A DNA stretch of 64,000 nt from assembly GCA_963850645.1 (NCBI GenBank), contig CAWKME010000012.1, positions 19,946-83,945 of the forward strand. The letters are read 5' to 3'. Source of the stretch: an uncultured Actinomycetota bacterium (GTDB lineage: Bacteria; Actinomycetota; Actinomycetes; Mycobacteriales; Mycobacteriaceae). Position 1 is the first letter of the stretch; every line of letters starts with the position of its first letter. Positions 1 through 15,003 of this stretch are shown here, one piece after another. A model generated the notes under the pieces. It was not told the origin of the DNA, did not search any database, and worked only from the letters and a program-made list of their open reading frames with translations. The position numbers and the translations under genes were made by a program.

Positions 1-165
1 CTGAAGTCGGTGGGCGAGGTCTACCGGCAGAACATTAGCCATGCGCCCACCAAAGCCGTGGCCAAGACCTTCGGCGTCAAGGACCGGATGGCATCAACAT
101 ACGTCGACCGCGCACGAAAGGCCGGCTATCTACCAGCGACCAAGCAGGGCCAAAAGAAGGCGTAG
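1..165 (+). CDS. 3' end of a putative HTH DNA-binding protein of the integrated element (partial)
   Basis: Frame 1 is open from the window edge: LKSVGEVYRQNISHAPTKAVAKTFGVKDRMASTYVDRARKAGYLPATKQGQKKA*. The pattern is HTH-like and it stops 9 nt before the integrase ATG. Confidence 0.6.
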   Translation: MKSVGEVYRQNISHAPTKAVAKTFGVKDRMASTYVDRARKAGYLPATKQGQKKA

Positions 166-174
166 CGACAGACC

Positions 175-1377
175 ATGGCGAATGCCAACGGTGAAGGCAG
201 CATCTACAAGCGGATGCGTAACGGGCGGCACACTGGCTACATCGGTGCCGTCAGCTATACCGACGACGCAGGCCAGTTGAAGCGGCGCGTGGTTTACGGG
301 AAGACCCGTGCCGATGTGCGCGACAAAATGAAACAGGTGCGCGAACGGCTCGACAAAGGCGCGGCGATCAAGGACTCCAAACGCACTCTGGCCGATTGGT
401 TGGCGCACTGGCGGGCCACCACACTGGCTGCATCAGACCGCAAGGAGTCGACCCGCGAGCTGTATGCGAACCTGTGCCGTCGCCACCTTGAGCCTGAGCC
501 GTTCGGGGCCACACGGCTCGACAAGCTGAGGCCGAGCGACGTCGAGGCCCTGGTGCTGGCGATGCGCGCAAAGACCAAGCCGGGTAAGCGCACCGAGAAG
601 AACCCCAACCCTGAGCCGGTCCGGGTGCTGTCCGACGCAACGATCAGGCAGATCTATACGGTCCTGCGGGCCGGTCTCGACGGTGCTGTGCGCGACGGCC
701 TGCTGGCCAAGAACCCGGCTGCCGCCGTGAAGCGTCCGGGCATCGCCCGCAGGGAGGCCAGGCACGTCAGCGCACTCGACGTGAACAAACTCCTGCTGTG
801 CGCCGACGGCCTGCGCTACTGCAACGTGTTGGTCCTCATTGCGGCCACCGGGTTGCGGCGTGGCGAGGCGCTGGCCTTGCACTGGTCCGATCTCGACCTC
901 GACGCTGGGCTGCTGGTGGTCCGAGGCACTCTGGGACGGGTCGGCGGCAAGCTAGTGATCACTGAGCCAAAGACGGACCGCTCGCGGCGGACCGTGCCGA
1001 TATCGCCTGCCCTGGTGACCCAGTTGCGCGCGCACCGCGCCGACCAGGAGGCCGAACGGCTTGCGGCGCGCAACCAGTGGCAGGACTACGGGCTGGTGTT
1101 CGCCTCAGAGTTCGGCACGCCGGTCGACCCTCGCAGCATTCTGCGGACTGCCCAGATCGCAGCGCAGAAGGCGGGAATGTCGAATATCAGCGTGCACGCG
1201 TTGCGGCACAGTGCTGCCGTCGCCTGGCTTGAGTCCGGGGTGCACATCAAAGCTGTGGCGGATCTGCTGGGACACTCCTCGGTCGCGATCACTGGGGACA
1301 TCTACGGGCACACCAGCGACGACACCGCACGGGCAGCAGTCGAGGGTTTGGCCGGTCGACTGGGCTTACTGGACTGA
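175..1377 (+). CDS. Phage/ICE-type tyrosine integrase
   Basis: N-terminal arm-binding start (ANGEGSIYKR). Catalytic motifs present: TGLRRGE, EPKT, HALRH, LLGHS, DIYGH. Lies next to a tRNA 3' end. Confidence 0.95.
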   Translation: MANANGEGSIYKRMRNGRHTGYIGAVSYTDDAGQLKRRVVYGKTRADVRDKMKQVRERLDKGAAIKDSKRTLADWLAHWRATTLAASDRKESTRELYANLCRRHLEPEPFGATRLDKLRPSDVEALVLAMRAKTKPGKRTEKNPNPEPVRVLSDATIRQIYTVLRAGLDGAVRDGLLAKNPAAAVKRPGIARREARHVSALDVNKLLLCADGLRYCNVLVLIAATGLRRGEALALHWSDLDLDAGLLVVRGTLGRVGGKLVITEPKTDRSRRTVPISPALVTQLRAHRADQEAERLAARNQWQDYGLVFASEFGTPVDPRSILRTAQIAAQKAGMSNISVHALRHSAAVAWLESGVHIKAVADLLGHSSVAITGDIYGHTSDDTARAAVEGLAGRLGLLD

Positions 1378-1381
1378 AGTG

Positions 1382-1405
1382 GCGTTGCTATCCGCGTTGC
1401 TATCC
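1382..1405 (+). repeat. Perfect 12-bp tandem repeat GCGTTGCTATCC x2, probable integrase arm-type sites
   Basis: Seen directly between the integrase stop and the tRNA 3' end. Confidence 0.7.
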
Positions 1406-1474
1406 ACACCCCCAGGGGGTATGAAGAAGGCGGCCCCGGAATTCTCTAAAATCACTCTCCACGTGCTTATTCTT

Positions 1475-1551
1475 TGGTCGGGCTGACAGGATTTGAACCT
1501 GCGACCACTTGACCCCCAGTCAAGTGCGCTACCAAACTGCGCCACAGCCCG
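1475..1551 (-). tRNA. tRNA-Pro(GGG)
   Basis: Reverse complement reads CGGGCTGTGGCGCAGTTTGGTAGCGCACTTGACTGGGGGTCAAGTGGTCGCAGGTTCAAATCCTGTCAGCCCGACCA: cloverleaf, GGG anticodon, encoded CCA. Confidence 0.97.
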
Positions 1552-1627
1552 GAGCCGCCGGCTTCACCGGCAGCAGGTGGAAAGCCTACAGCAGACGACC
1601 AAGCTCGCCCCGACCCGACGCGGGACG

Positions 1628-2647
1628 CTAGCCCGTCGTGGGTTCGCTGAGCTTGACCAGCATCTTGCCGATGTTGGCCCCGGTGAACAGCCCGTTGAGG
1701 GCGTCGACGCACGACTCGATGCCCTCGAAGATGGTCTCGCGGTGCTTGATTCGCCCCTCGTGCTCCCACTGCCGGAGCGCAGCGAAGGCTTCGTCGAAGC
1801 GGCCCCACTGGTCGAGCGCGTTGAATCCCTGCATGGTCGCGGTCTTCGAGAGCAGGTTCACGTAGTTGGCCGGCCCGGGGTGCTCGCCGGTCAGGTAGCT
1901 CGAGATGACTCCGCAGAGCACCACCCGCGCGTTCATCGCCAACCGGCCCAGCACCGCGTCGAGAATCGGACCACCGACGTTGTCGTAGTAGACGTTGACC
2001 CGCTTCGGGCAGTGCTCTTTGAGCGCGGCCTCCAGGTCGTCGTTCTTGTAGTCGATGCACGCGTCGAATCCGAAGTCTTCGACCACCGCCCGGCACTTCT
2101 CCGGCCCGCCCGCGATCCCCACCACCCGGGCGCCGGCGATCTTGGCGATCTGCCCGGCCACCGATCCGGTCGCGCCCGCGGCGGCCGAAACCACCACCGT
2201 GTCTCCGGCCTGAGGCCGCCCGACGTCGGTCATCCCGATGTAGGCCGTCGCGCCGGTCGGCCCGTACACCGACATGATGGCCAGCTGATCGCTCTCGCCG
2301 GGAATGGGCGTGCTGAACACGTCGTCGCGAACGATCACGTATTCCTGGAAGCCCGTCAAAGTGGTGATGACGTCGCCGACGGCGTAGGCGTCACAGCGCG
2401 ACGACACGACCTCGCCGATCCCGGCCGCCCGGATTACCTCGCCCAGCTGGACCGGCGGAAGGTAGCCCGGCTGGTCGTTGAGCCAGGTCCGGACGGCGGC
2501 GTCCAGGCCCACATAAGTGGTGCGGACTAGCGCCTCCCCGTCGGCAGGTTCGGGCGCGGGCGCGCTGACCAGCTCGGTGTCACCGGGCTGGACCAGGCCG
2601 GTGGGGCGGCGACGCAGCACGATCTGGCGGTTCGTTAACTCGGGCAC
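1628..2647 (-). CDS. NADP-dependent oxidoreductase (MDR, CurA/prostaglandin reductase-like)
   Basis: Motifs VVVSAAAGATGSVAGQIAK, YYDNVGG, GANIGKMLV. Confidence 0.9.
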   Translation of the reverse strand: MPELTNRQIVLRRRPTGLVQPGDTELVSAPAPEPADGEALVRTTYVGLDAAVRTWLNDQPGYLPPVQLGEVIRAAGIGEVVSSRCDAYAVGDVITTLTGFQEYVIVRDDVFSTPIPGESDQLAIMSVYGPTGATAYIGMTDVGRPQAGDTVVVSAAAGATGSVAGQIAKIAGARVVGIAGGPEKCRAVVEDFGFDACIDYKNDDLEAALKEHCPKRVNVYYDNVGGPILDAVLGRLAMNARVVLCGVISSYLTGEHPGPANYVNLLSKTATMQGFNALDQWGRFDEAFAALRQWEHEGRIKHRETIFEGIESCVDALNGLFTGANIGKMLVKLSEPTTG

Positions 2648-2709
2648 GATCAGAAACTACCGAAAACAAATCCCTATTCGGCACGATCTTGATGTGCGAG
2701 CATTCGTGG

Positions 2710-3375
2710 ATGAAGCCGGAAGATGACCCGGAAGCCCGAATCCGGGAACTCGAGCGCCCACTGGCCGAGACGGCGCGCGCGTCCGAAATGGGCAGCAACC
2801 AGACGCCCGGCAGTTACCCGTATACGCCCGGTCCTTCGGCTCCGCCAACACCGCCGACTTACGGCGTCCCGTTCCCGGGGACGACGCCGAGATTGCCGTC
2901 CCGCAAGCGGATGGGGTGGCTCCTGGCGCCGTTCTTCGGTCGTTGCCGCGGTATCCCTCGATCTCCTATAACGCAGACCGGCATTCGCGCGGCGGGTTGG
3001 TGATTCTATCGCCCACCCCCAGCACCTCCGCCAGCAGTGCGGCCCCCTCCGCGGGCGAGGCCCAAACACCCACCAATGCACCGTCCAGCGCAGCGCCCAC
3101 CGCGCCGACGGGTGCCAACCTGACCATCTCCGGCATCAACGAGAATCGGACGATCGCCTGCAACGCAGAGCGCCATCAACGTCAGCGGCGTCTCCAACAA
3201 GGTCGTCATCACAGGCCACTGCAAGAGCCTCAGCGTGTCCGGCGTCCAGAACTCGGTCACGGTGGACGGCGTCGACGCCATCGACGCCTCCGGCTTCAAC
3301 AACCAGATCACCTACCACTCCGGCTCGCCAAGCATCGACAAGTCAGGCGAAGGGAACATCGTCCAACAGGGCTGA
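2710..3375 (+). CDS. DUF3060-like membrane/secreted protein (frameshifted in this sequence)
   Basis: Starts MKPEDDPEARIRELERPL, followed by a Pro-rich linker and C-terminal beta repeats (ISGINENRTIAC, VSGVSNKVVITGHC, SGFNNQITYHSG) split over frames. Confidence 0.7.
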
Positions 3376-3378
3376 CAG

Positions 3379-4164
3379 TTATACGTTCATCAGCCGGTAG
3401 AGCCCGATGAGGCCGACGACAACTATCGTGGCGCGCAGCGCATTCGGCGAGAGCCGACGGCCGTAGTGTGCACCCAACCAACCGCCGAGCAGGGAACCAA
3501 CCGCGATCAGACCCGCCGCCGGCCAGCTGATTCGGTGAAACGCCACCAACGTATAGGCCAGCGCCGCAATAACATTCACCAGCAAGCGTCATCACATTCT
3601 TCGCCGCGTTCATCCGCTGCATCGATTCCGGCAGCAGCGCGCCCATGGCACCGACCAGCAGGATGCCTTGCGCCGCAGTGAAGTAGCCGCCGTACACAGC
3701 CGACCGCGAAGGTGCTCGCCACCAATGCGGCCATCCGCCGCGGCGAAATGTCGTCGGCCGAGCGGCCTGCCCTTTCGGCTCGGTCCTGCGCCCATGACTT
3801 GGATCCGCGGGCCGATGACCACCATGATCAGCGCGGCAACCAGCAACACCGGCACCACCTCGGCGAACACCTTCTCCGGCAGATGCAGCAGCAGCCAGGC
3901 GCCCAAGAGCGCACCGAGCACCGATGCCGGTAGCTGCCAGCGCAGTCGGTTCCACTGACCGCGCAGCTCCCGCCGGTAGCCCCAGGTCCCCGACACGTTG
4001 CCCGCCACCAACCCGACCGCGTTGGACATGGTCGAGGTCACCGGCGGATACCCCATCGCCACCAGCGTCGGAAAGGTGATCAGCGTGCCCGACCCGACAA
4101 CTGCGTTGATGGCGCCGGCGCCCAAACCGGCGATGACGATCAGGATCGCGTGTGATAGCGGCAC
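3379..4164 (-). CDS. Sulfite exporter TauE/SafE family protein (frameshifted)
   Basis: Motifs [17 protein letters not shown] and [13 protein letters not shown]; hydrophobic throughout. Confidence 0.85.
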
Positions 4165-4201
4165 TGAACAGACCCTATCGGGAGCGATTTCCGCGCCGTG
4201 G

Positions 4202-6365
<2,164 letters not shown>

Positions 6366-6369
<4 letters not shown>

Positions 6370-7124
6370 AATCCAACCGCTTTGTACAGATCGCCGATCT
6401 CATTGCGGCGCAACGCCCGGATGCTGCCCGGACGCTGGTCCCCCAGCGACACCGTGCCGATGTCGGTGCGGACCAATGCCTGCACCGGAAATCCCGCGGC
6501 CTTGAACAGCCGGCGCACGATGCGTTTGCGTCCCTCGTGCAGCGTGACCCGCACCAGCGTCTTGCCCGGAATGGCGTCCACCACTGCGAAATCGTCGACC
6601 GCCGACCGGCCCGTCGTCCAACTCGATGCCGGCCCGCAGCTTCTTGCCCAGCCCGCGTGGCACCGACCCAGCGACCGTCGCCACATACGTCTTCGGCATT
6701 TCGTAGGACGGATGCATGAGGCGATGCGCGAGCTCGCCATCGTTGGTCAGCAGGATCAGTCCCTCGGTGTCGGCGTCCAGCCGTCCGACGTGAAAGAGCT
6801 TCTTGATTGCCGCGTACCCGATGCTCGACCAGGTCGCCGATGCACGGCCGACCGCGGTCGTCCGACATCGTCGAGTGCATGCCCCGCGGCTTGTTCAACG
6901 CCAGATACACCAGCGAGTCGTCCAGGACCACCCGCGCACCGTCGACGCGGATCACCGACACGTCAGGATCGACCCGGGTGCCCAGCTCGGTCACCAGCTG
7001 CCCGTCGACCTCGACACGGCCGTCGGTGATCATCCTCTCGGCCAGCCGCCGGGACGCAATTCCGGCCTGCGACAAGACTTTCTGCAGACGGACCCCTTGC
7101 GGCTCGTCGGTCTGCGACCATCAT
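6366..7124 (-). CDS. rluB: Pseudouridine synthase, RluB/RsuA family (frameshifted)
   Basis: S4 domain (QAGIASRR), LNKPRG, GRLD motif, TLHEGRKRIVRR. Confidence 0.88.
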
Positions 7125-7849
7125 TCCTGGTCCACGTCGAACGACAACGGCTGGTCGTCGGACACCGCGCCGCCGGAAAGCTTGACGAAACGTGGCTCAG
7201 CATCCAAGGATTCGCTCAGGTCGTCGATCATGTCGACATCGGGCAGCAGCGGCGCGATGTCAGGAAGGTCGGTCAGCGACGACAACCCCAGCCGTTCCAG
7301 GAACAGCTCGGTGGTGGCGAACGTCACCGCGCCGGTGTCGGGGTCGGTGCCGGCTTCGGTGATCAGCCCACGCGCCAGCAGCGTGCGCATCACCGCGTCG
7401 ACGTTGACCCCCCGCACCGCGCTCACCCGCGCCCGCGTCACCGGCTGGCGGTAGGCCACTACCGCCAACGTCTCCAGAGCCGCGCGGGTGAGCTTCGAGC
7501 GCGATCCGTCCAGCAGCAGCCGCTCGACGTAGGGCGCGAACCGGGCGCGGGTGTACATCCGCCATCCGCCGCCGGCCTCGCGCAGGTCGATGCCGCTGTC
7601 GCGTTCGGTGAGCGCGTCCGCCATCAGCCGCAGCTTGGCGGCGACCCGATAGGCCGGCTGCTCGGTGGCCGCGGCCAGCGCCTCGACGGTCACCGGGGTG
7701 TCGACGACCAGCAGCAGCGCCTCGAGCACCGCGCCCAGTTCGGCGTCGTCGAGCTCGGGCGCTGTCGCGACGTCGATGCCCAGGTTCGCATCGTCGAGGT
7801 CGATGCCCAAGTCCGGTTCCACGGCGTCGTCAGGCGACAGATCGGTCAT
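7121..7849 (-). CDS. scpB: SMC-Scp complex subunit ScpB
   Basis: Motif LTRAALETLAVVAYRQPVTR. Confidence 0.95.
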   Translation of the reverse strand: MTDLSPDDAVEPDLGIDLDDANLGIDVATAPELDDAELGAVLEALLLVVDTPVTVEALAAATEQPAYRVAAKLRLMADALTERDSGIDLREAGGGWRMYTRARFAPYVERLLLDGSRSKLTRAALETLAVVAYRQPVTRARVSAVRGVNVDAVMRTLLARGLITEAGTDPDTGAVTFATTELFLERLGLSSLTDLPDIAPLLPDVDMIDDLSESLDAEPRFVKLSGGAVSDDQPLSFDVDQE

Positions 7850-8691
7850 GAGTATTGGTCTCGCACTTCTTGAGCTTCGAGCGCCTCTGCCCTCAGCAAC
7901 GCTTCGCTGGTCGGCCGTTCTCCGGTCCACGAAACCTGGAGCACACCAAGCGGTTCTGACTGGTCGAATGCTACCGCCCGCGACCGATACAGCTCGAGCA
8001 GCGCCAGGAAGCGCCCGACGATCTCGATCGGCGCCCGGCAGTCGGCGACCAACTCCGAGAACGACGCCCATTGCCCGGTGCCGCGCTTCTCCAGCAGCGA
8101 CAGCAGCTGTTCGGCCTGTTCGGGCACCGACACCATCAGCTCGTGCAGGTGTTCGGTGGCCACCGTCGGCACCGGCCGCGGGGTGAACGCGATCGCGGCG
8201 ATCTGGGCGAACCGCTCGGCGTCGACGCCCAGCATCACCTCGGGCAGCAGGTCTTCGTACCGGTCCTCCAGCGACACCGCCCGTGGATAGCTGCGCAGCG
8301 CCGCCGCCTCCAGCTCGGCGAACATCTGCGCGACGTGCTTGAACGCCCGGTACTGCAGCAGCCGCGCGAACAGCAGGTCGCGGACCTCCAGCAGCGCCAG
8401 GTCCTCCTCGTCGTCGACCCGACCCGACGGCAGCAGCCGGGCCGCCTTGAGATCGAGCAGCGTGGCGGCGACAACCAGGAACGCGGTGGTCTCCTCGAGT
8501 TCCAGCGCGGGACCGATCGCGCGGGTGTAGGCGATGAATTCATCGGTGACCTGATGCAACGCCACCTCGGTGACGTCGAGGCGGTGCGCGAAAATCAGCT
8601 GCAGCAGCAGGTCGAACGGCCCCTCGAAATTGGTCAGCCTGACCTGGAAGCCGTTCTGGGGAGATGCCTCGCAGCTCACTCCGCCGGTCAC
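7846..8691 (-). CDS. scpA: Segregation/condensation protein ScpA
   Basis: Motifs FEGPFDLLLQLI and RFLALLELY. Confidence 0.95.
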   Translation of the reverse strand: MTGGVSCEASPQNGFQVRLTNFEGPFDLLLQLIFAHRLDVTEVALHQVTDEFIAYTRAIGPALELEETTAFLVVAATLLDLKAARLLPSGRVDDEEDLALLEVRDLLFARLLQYRAFKHVAQMFAELEAAALRSYPRAVSLEDRYEDLLPEVMLGVDAERFAQIAAIAFTPRPVPTVATEHLHELMVSVPEQAEQLLSLLEKRGTGQWASFSELVADCRAPIEIVGRFLALLELYRSRAVAFDQSEPLGVLQVSWTGERPTSEALLRAEALEAQEVRDQYS

Positions 8692-9551
8692 GCGCCGAAC
8701 CGGTCGATCACCTCGCGGGCCAACGACCGGTAAGCGGCCGCGCCGCCTGACCTCGGTGCCCACGTGGTGATCGGCTCGCCGGCGACGCTGGTCTCCGGGA
8801 AGCGGACAGTACGGGTGATGACGGTGTCGAACACCAGGTCGCCGAAGCGCTCGACAACCCGGGCCATGACCTCGCGGGAGTTCACGGTTCGGGGATCGTA
8901 GCGGGTGATCAGGATGCCGCTGATCTCCAGCTTCGGGTTGAGCCGGTCGCGCACCTTGTCGACGGTATCGGTCAGCAGCGCCAGACCGCGCAGCGAGAAG
9001 TACTCGCACTCGGTCGGGATGATGACCCCGTCGGCGGCGGCCAGTCCGTTGACGGTGAGCAGACCCAGCGACGGCTGGCAGTCGATCAGCACATAGTCGT
9101 AGCGGTCCAGCACCGGGTGCATGGCCCGGGCCAGCGTCTGCTCCCGGCCCACCTCGTTGACCAGCTGGATCTCCGCGGCCGACAGGTCGATATTGCTGGG
9201 CACCAGGTCCATGTGCTTGACGCGGGTGTTCAGCAGCACGTCGTCGATCGACACCCGCGGCTCAATCAGCAGGTTGTGAACGGTGTGCTCGAGCTCGTAG
9301 TGCGGCACGCCCAGTCCGGCGGACAGCGCGCCCTGCGGATCTAGGTCGACCAGCAGCACGCGGCGGCCGTATTCGGCGAGTGCGGCGCCCAGGTTGATCG
9401 TCGACGTGGTCTTGCCGACGCCGCCTTTCTGGTTGCACATCGCGACGACTTTGGCCGGGCCGTGCGAAGTCCGCGGCTTGGGTTCCGGGATCGCCCGCGG
9501 GGGCCGCCCGGTCAGGCCGACGCCGGTGCCGCTGTCGGCGTCGTCAGTCAC
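8688..9551 (-). CDS. ParA/Soj family ATPase (Rv1708-like)
   Basis: Deviant Walker A NQKGGVGKTT and IDCQPSLG. Confidence 0.93.
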   Translation of the reverse strand: MTDDADSGTGVGLTGRPPRAIPEPKPRTSHGPAKVVAMCNQKGGVGKTTSTINLGAALAEYGRRVLLVDLDPQGALSAGLGVPHYELEHTVHNLLIEPRVSIDDVLLNTRVKHMDLVPSNIDLSAAEIQLVNEVGREQTLARAMHPVLDRYDYVLIDCQPSLGLLTVNGLAAADGVIIPTECEYFSLRGLALLTDTVDKVRDRLNPKLEISGILITRYDPRTVNSREVMARVVERFGDLVFDTVITRTVRFPETSVAGEPITTWAPRSGGAAAYRSLAREVIDRFGA

Positions 9552-9740
9552 GAGCGCCGCGGTTCGGCGCAGACCGACCCGGCATGCGCGGCGTTCGGGA
9601 AATGGCGGACATCGCAGGAGAGTCTAACGGGTAAAGGCGCCCGCGCCGGGAGACCCGCAACAACGTAACCAGCCAATTTGGGCAGGCTCGGCACGATCGC
9701 GCTTCCCAACCCGTGTCGCCGCAGCGATAGGGTGGCGCTT

Positions 9741-10493
9741 ATGAGTCTGAAGCAGCGCATTCCGTTCTTGCGATGGTCGGTGTGGCGGATGGCGACCGGG
9801 GCCCGCAACATCACCACGACGGGTCAGATCGGCGACGGGCGGGAAGCTGCCGCAGTCGAATTCGTGTTGAAGCACGCCCGGGCGGGCGACGTGGACGACG
9901 TGTTGGGAACCATCGACCGGTTCGCCTACGAGAAATCGTTGCTGATCAATGTCGGCGACGAGAAGGGCGCGCTGCTCGACGCCGCGGTCCGGCGCGCCGA
10001 CCCGAAGCTGGCGCTCGAGCTGGGTACCTATTGCGGCTACGGCGCGCTGCGGATCGCCCGGGCCGCCCCCGCCGCCAAGGTGTACTCCGTCGAGCTTGCC
10101 GAAGCCAACGCCGCCAATGCCCGCCAGATCTGGGCGCACGCCGGCGTGGCCGACCGGGTCACCTGCGTGGTCGGCACCGTCGGAGACGGCGGGCAGACGC
10201 TGGATGCGCTGGCCGACGAGCATGGTTTTGCCGCCGGCGCACTCGACTTCCTGTTTCTCGACCACGACAAGGACGCCTACCTCGCGGACCTGCAGAGCAT
10301 CCTCGATCGGGGCTGGCTGCGGCCTGGGTCGATCGTCGTCGCCGACAACGTCAAAGTGCCGGGCGCGCCGAAGTACCGCGCATACATGCGTCAGCAGCAG
10401 GGCAAGCAGTGGAACACCACCGAACACAAGGCGCACTTGGAGTATCAGAGCCTGATCTCCGATCTGGTGCTGGAGTCGGAGTATCTCGGCTAG
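9741..10493 (+). CDS. Catechol O-methyltransferase-like protein (Rv1703c-like)
   Basis: Motifs LELGTYCGYGA, FLDHDKDAY, VVADNV. Confidence 0.9.
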   Translation: MSLKQRIPFLRWSVWRMATGARNITTTGQIGDGREAAAVEFVLKHARAGDVDDVLGTIDRFAYEKSLLINVGDEKGALLDAAVRRADPKLALELGTYCGYGALRIARAAPAAKVYSVELAEANAANARQIWAHAGVADRVTCVVGTVGDGGQTLDALADEHGFAAGALDFLFLDHDKDAYLADLQSILDRGWLRPGSIVVADNVKVPGAPKYRAYMRQQQGKQWNTTEHKAHLEYQSLISDLVLESEYLG

Positions 10494-10501
10494 CAGTGGA
10501 C

Positions 10502-11445
10502 TTAACGCGCCCGCGGATGGGCCTCGGCCCAGACTTCACGCAGCGCGTGCACGGTGACCATCGTGTAGATCTGCGTCGTCGTCACCGAGGCGTGTCCCAG
10601 CAGCTCCTGAACCACCCGGACGTCGGCCCCGCCGTCCAGCAGGTGGGTGGCAAACGAATGCCGCAGCGTATGCGGAGACACCCCGGCGGTGATCCCGGCC
10701 CGTTCGGCCGCGTCCTGCAGCACCTGCCACGCGCTCTGTCGCGACAACCGGCCACCGCGCGCGTTGAGGAAAATGGCCGGCGTCCCGCGGCCCCGACGCG
10801 CTAACTCTGAACGGCCGCGCACCTTGTAGGCGTCCAGTGCTTGCACGGCCGGCCGGCCGATCGGGACCAGCCGCTGCTTGCCCCCTTTGCCGCGCAGCAG
10901 CACCGAGCGGGCGTGGGTGTCGATGTCGTCGACGTCGAGTCCGACCGCTTCCGAGATCCGCGCGCCGGTGGAGTACAGCAGCTCGAGCAGCGCCCGGTTG
11001 CGCAATGTCAGCGGGCCGTCGGACGGGCTGTCGCCGCCGGCGCCGGCCAGCAGCGCCAGCACCTGATCGAGGCTCAGGCTTTTCGGCAGCCGCCGCCCCG
11101 GCGTCGGAGGCTTGACGGCCTGCGCCACGTCGACTTCGGCCAGACCCTCGGCGGCGGCGAACCGGTGCAGACCGCGAACCGCGATCAGCGTCCGGGCCGC
11201 CGACACCGCCGACAGCGGCACCACGCCGGAAGCCGGATCACCGCGCCGCAATGCCACCAGGAATTCGCTGACGTCGTCCTCGCTGACCTTGGCCAGGTCG
11301 TCGACGCCCCGCGACACGAGGTGCTCGGAGTAGCGGCGCAGGTCGCGGCGATAAGAGCTCAAGGTATTGGCCGCCACGCCCCGTTCGATCGTCAGGTGAT
11401 CGAGATAACCCTGTAGCTGGCTCTCCAGCGGCGGCGCCAGCGTGG

Positions 11446-11449
<4 letters not shown>
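10502..11449 (-). CDS. xerD: Chromosomal site-specific tyrosine recombinase XerD
   Basis: Motifs [35 protein letters not shown]; conserved pyrG-nudF-xerD synteny. Confidence 0.95.
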
Positions 11450-13915
<2,466 letters not shown>

Positions 13916-13959
13916 TCCGCGCCGCCGCGCCGTTGCTGACACGCCCGGCAGGGCGGCTA

Positions 13960-14040
13960 GTCCGGCGACGATGCAGAGCGCGCAGCGCGATGAGGTGGGG
14001 GTCCCCCCAGCCGCGCAAGCGGCGAGGGGGCGAGCCGGAC
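13960..14040 (+). repeat. MIRU-like repeat oriented opposite to the operon
   Basis: MIRU core GGCGACGATGCAGAGCGCGCAGCGCGATGAGGTGGGGG; inverted ends GTCCGGC/GCCGGAC. Confidence 0.8.
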
Positions 14041-14048
14041 GATCGAAA

Positions 14049-14990
14049 TTACTGCGCGACGGTGAGGCCGGTGGCGCCGTGACCGGTGCCGTATTGACCG
14101 GTGCGACCACCGTTGACCAGGCTGGCCATGCCCAGGACCGCGGTGATCCGGCCGGACGCGGCGTTCACGTCGTCGACGGTGCTGATCGCCGAGGTCACCG
14201 TGGCATCGGCGCGGGCCACCGCGACGGCCGCCGTTCCGCCGGACGAGCCATCCCGCCCGGCCAGCAGCACACCCGAGCCGTGCGGCGCCAATGCAGCGGC
14301 GAACCGGGCCACGCTGACGCCCTGATTACCGGCGTCGTCGCCCAGGCCACCGCCGGTGATGACTGCCGCGGCGTTCGCCGCGCCGACATGCTGGTTCCCG
14401 TACCCGATGAAGCCGGTGTCACGAAGCGCGGCCAGCACGGTGTCGCGCTGCGCATCGTCGACGGTCGGGACAGCGGGATCCCGGTTGATCAGCAGCGCGA
14501 TACCCAACAGGTCGCCGGCCTGTGAGCCCTGGTCGACGAGTTTGGTGCTCAGCTGGGCGCCGGCCGGCAGGATCGACGAGTTGACCACAGAACGCAGCTT
14601 CTCCGCGGAGTTGGCGTCGACGAACTCCTGGGTCAGCGATACCGTGCCGGTCACCGCTCCGCCGGACTGGCTGACGAGTTTGGACACCGCATCGACGTCG
14701 TCATCCTTGGCATCCGGAGAGCGGAAGATCAACACCGACTTGCCGTTGAGCGTGTCATGCACGATCCGGCCTGCCATCTGGGAATCGAAAGCATCTGCGG
14801 AACTGAGCTTTTGGTTCAGCGCATTCTTCTGGTCGTTGAGTGTGTTGATCTGGCCGTGCAGATTCCGCGATTCGTCACGCAACCCCGACAACACGGTGTT
14901 GGACAGCAAGCCCGAGCCCAGCACGACTCCGACCGCCAGTGCCAGGAACACGGCGGCCAGCGAAATCGCGTGCTGGCGTAGAGATATCAC
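14049..14990 (-). CDS. mctB: MctB/SteB family membrane protein (Rv1698-like)
   Basis: Starts MISLRQHAISLAAVFLALAVG followed by a coiled coil; syntenic with steA. Confidence 0.9.
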   Translation of the reverse strand: MISLRQHAISLAAVFLALAVGVVLGSGLLSNTVLSGLRDESRNLHGQINTLNDQKNALNQKLSSADAFDSQMAGRIVHDTLNGKSVLIFRSPDAKDDDVDAVSKLVSQSGGAVTGTVSLTQEFVDANSAEKLRSVVNSSILPAGAQLSTKLVDQGSQAGDLLGIALLINRDPAVPTVDDAQRDTVLAALRDTGFIGYGNQHVGAANAAAVITGGGLGDDAGNQGVSVARFAAALAPHGSGVLLAGRDGSSGGTAAVAVARADATVTSAISTVDDVNAASGRITAVLGMASLVNGGRTGQYGTGHGATGLTVAQ

Positions 14991-15003
14991 GGCTGTACCT
15001 GTC

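Larger units (their letters stand above)
1..1500. mobile_element. End of an integrative element or prophage inserted at tRNA-Pro; continues beyond the left edge
   Basis: Integrase and arm-like repeats directly abut the tRNA 3' end. Confidence 0.8.
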
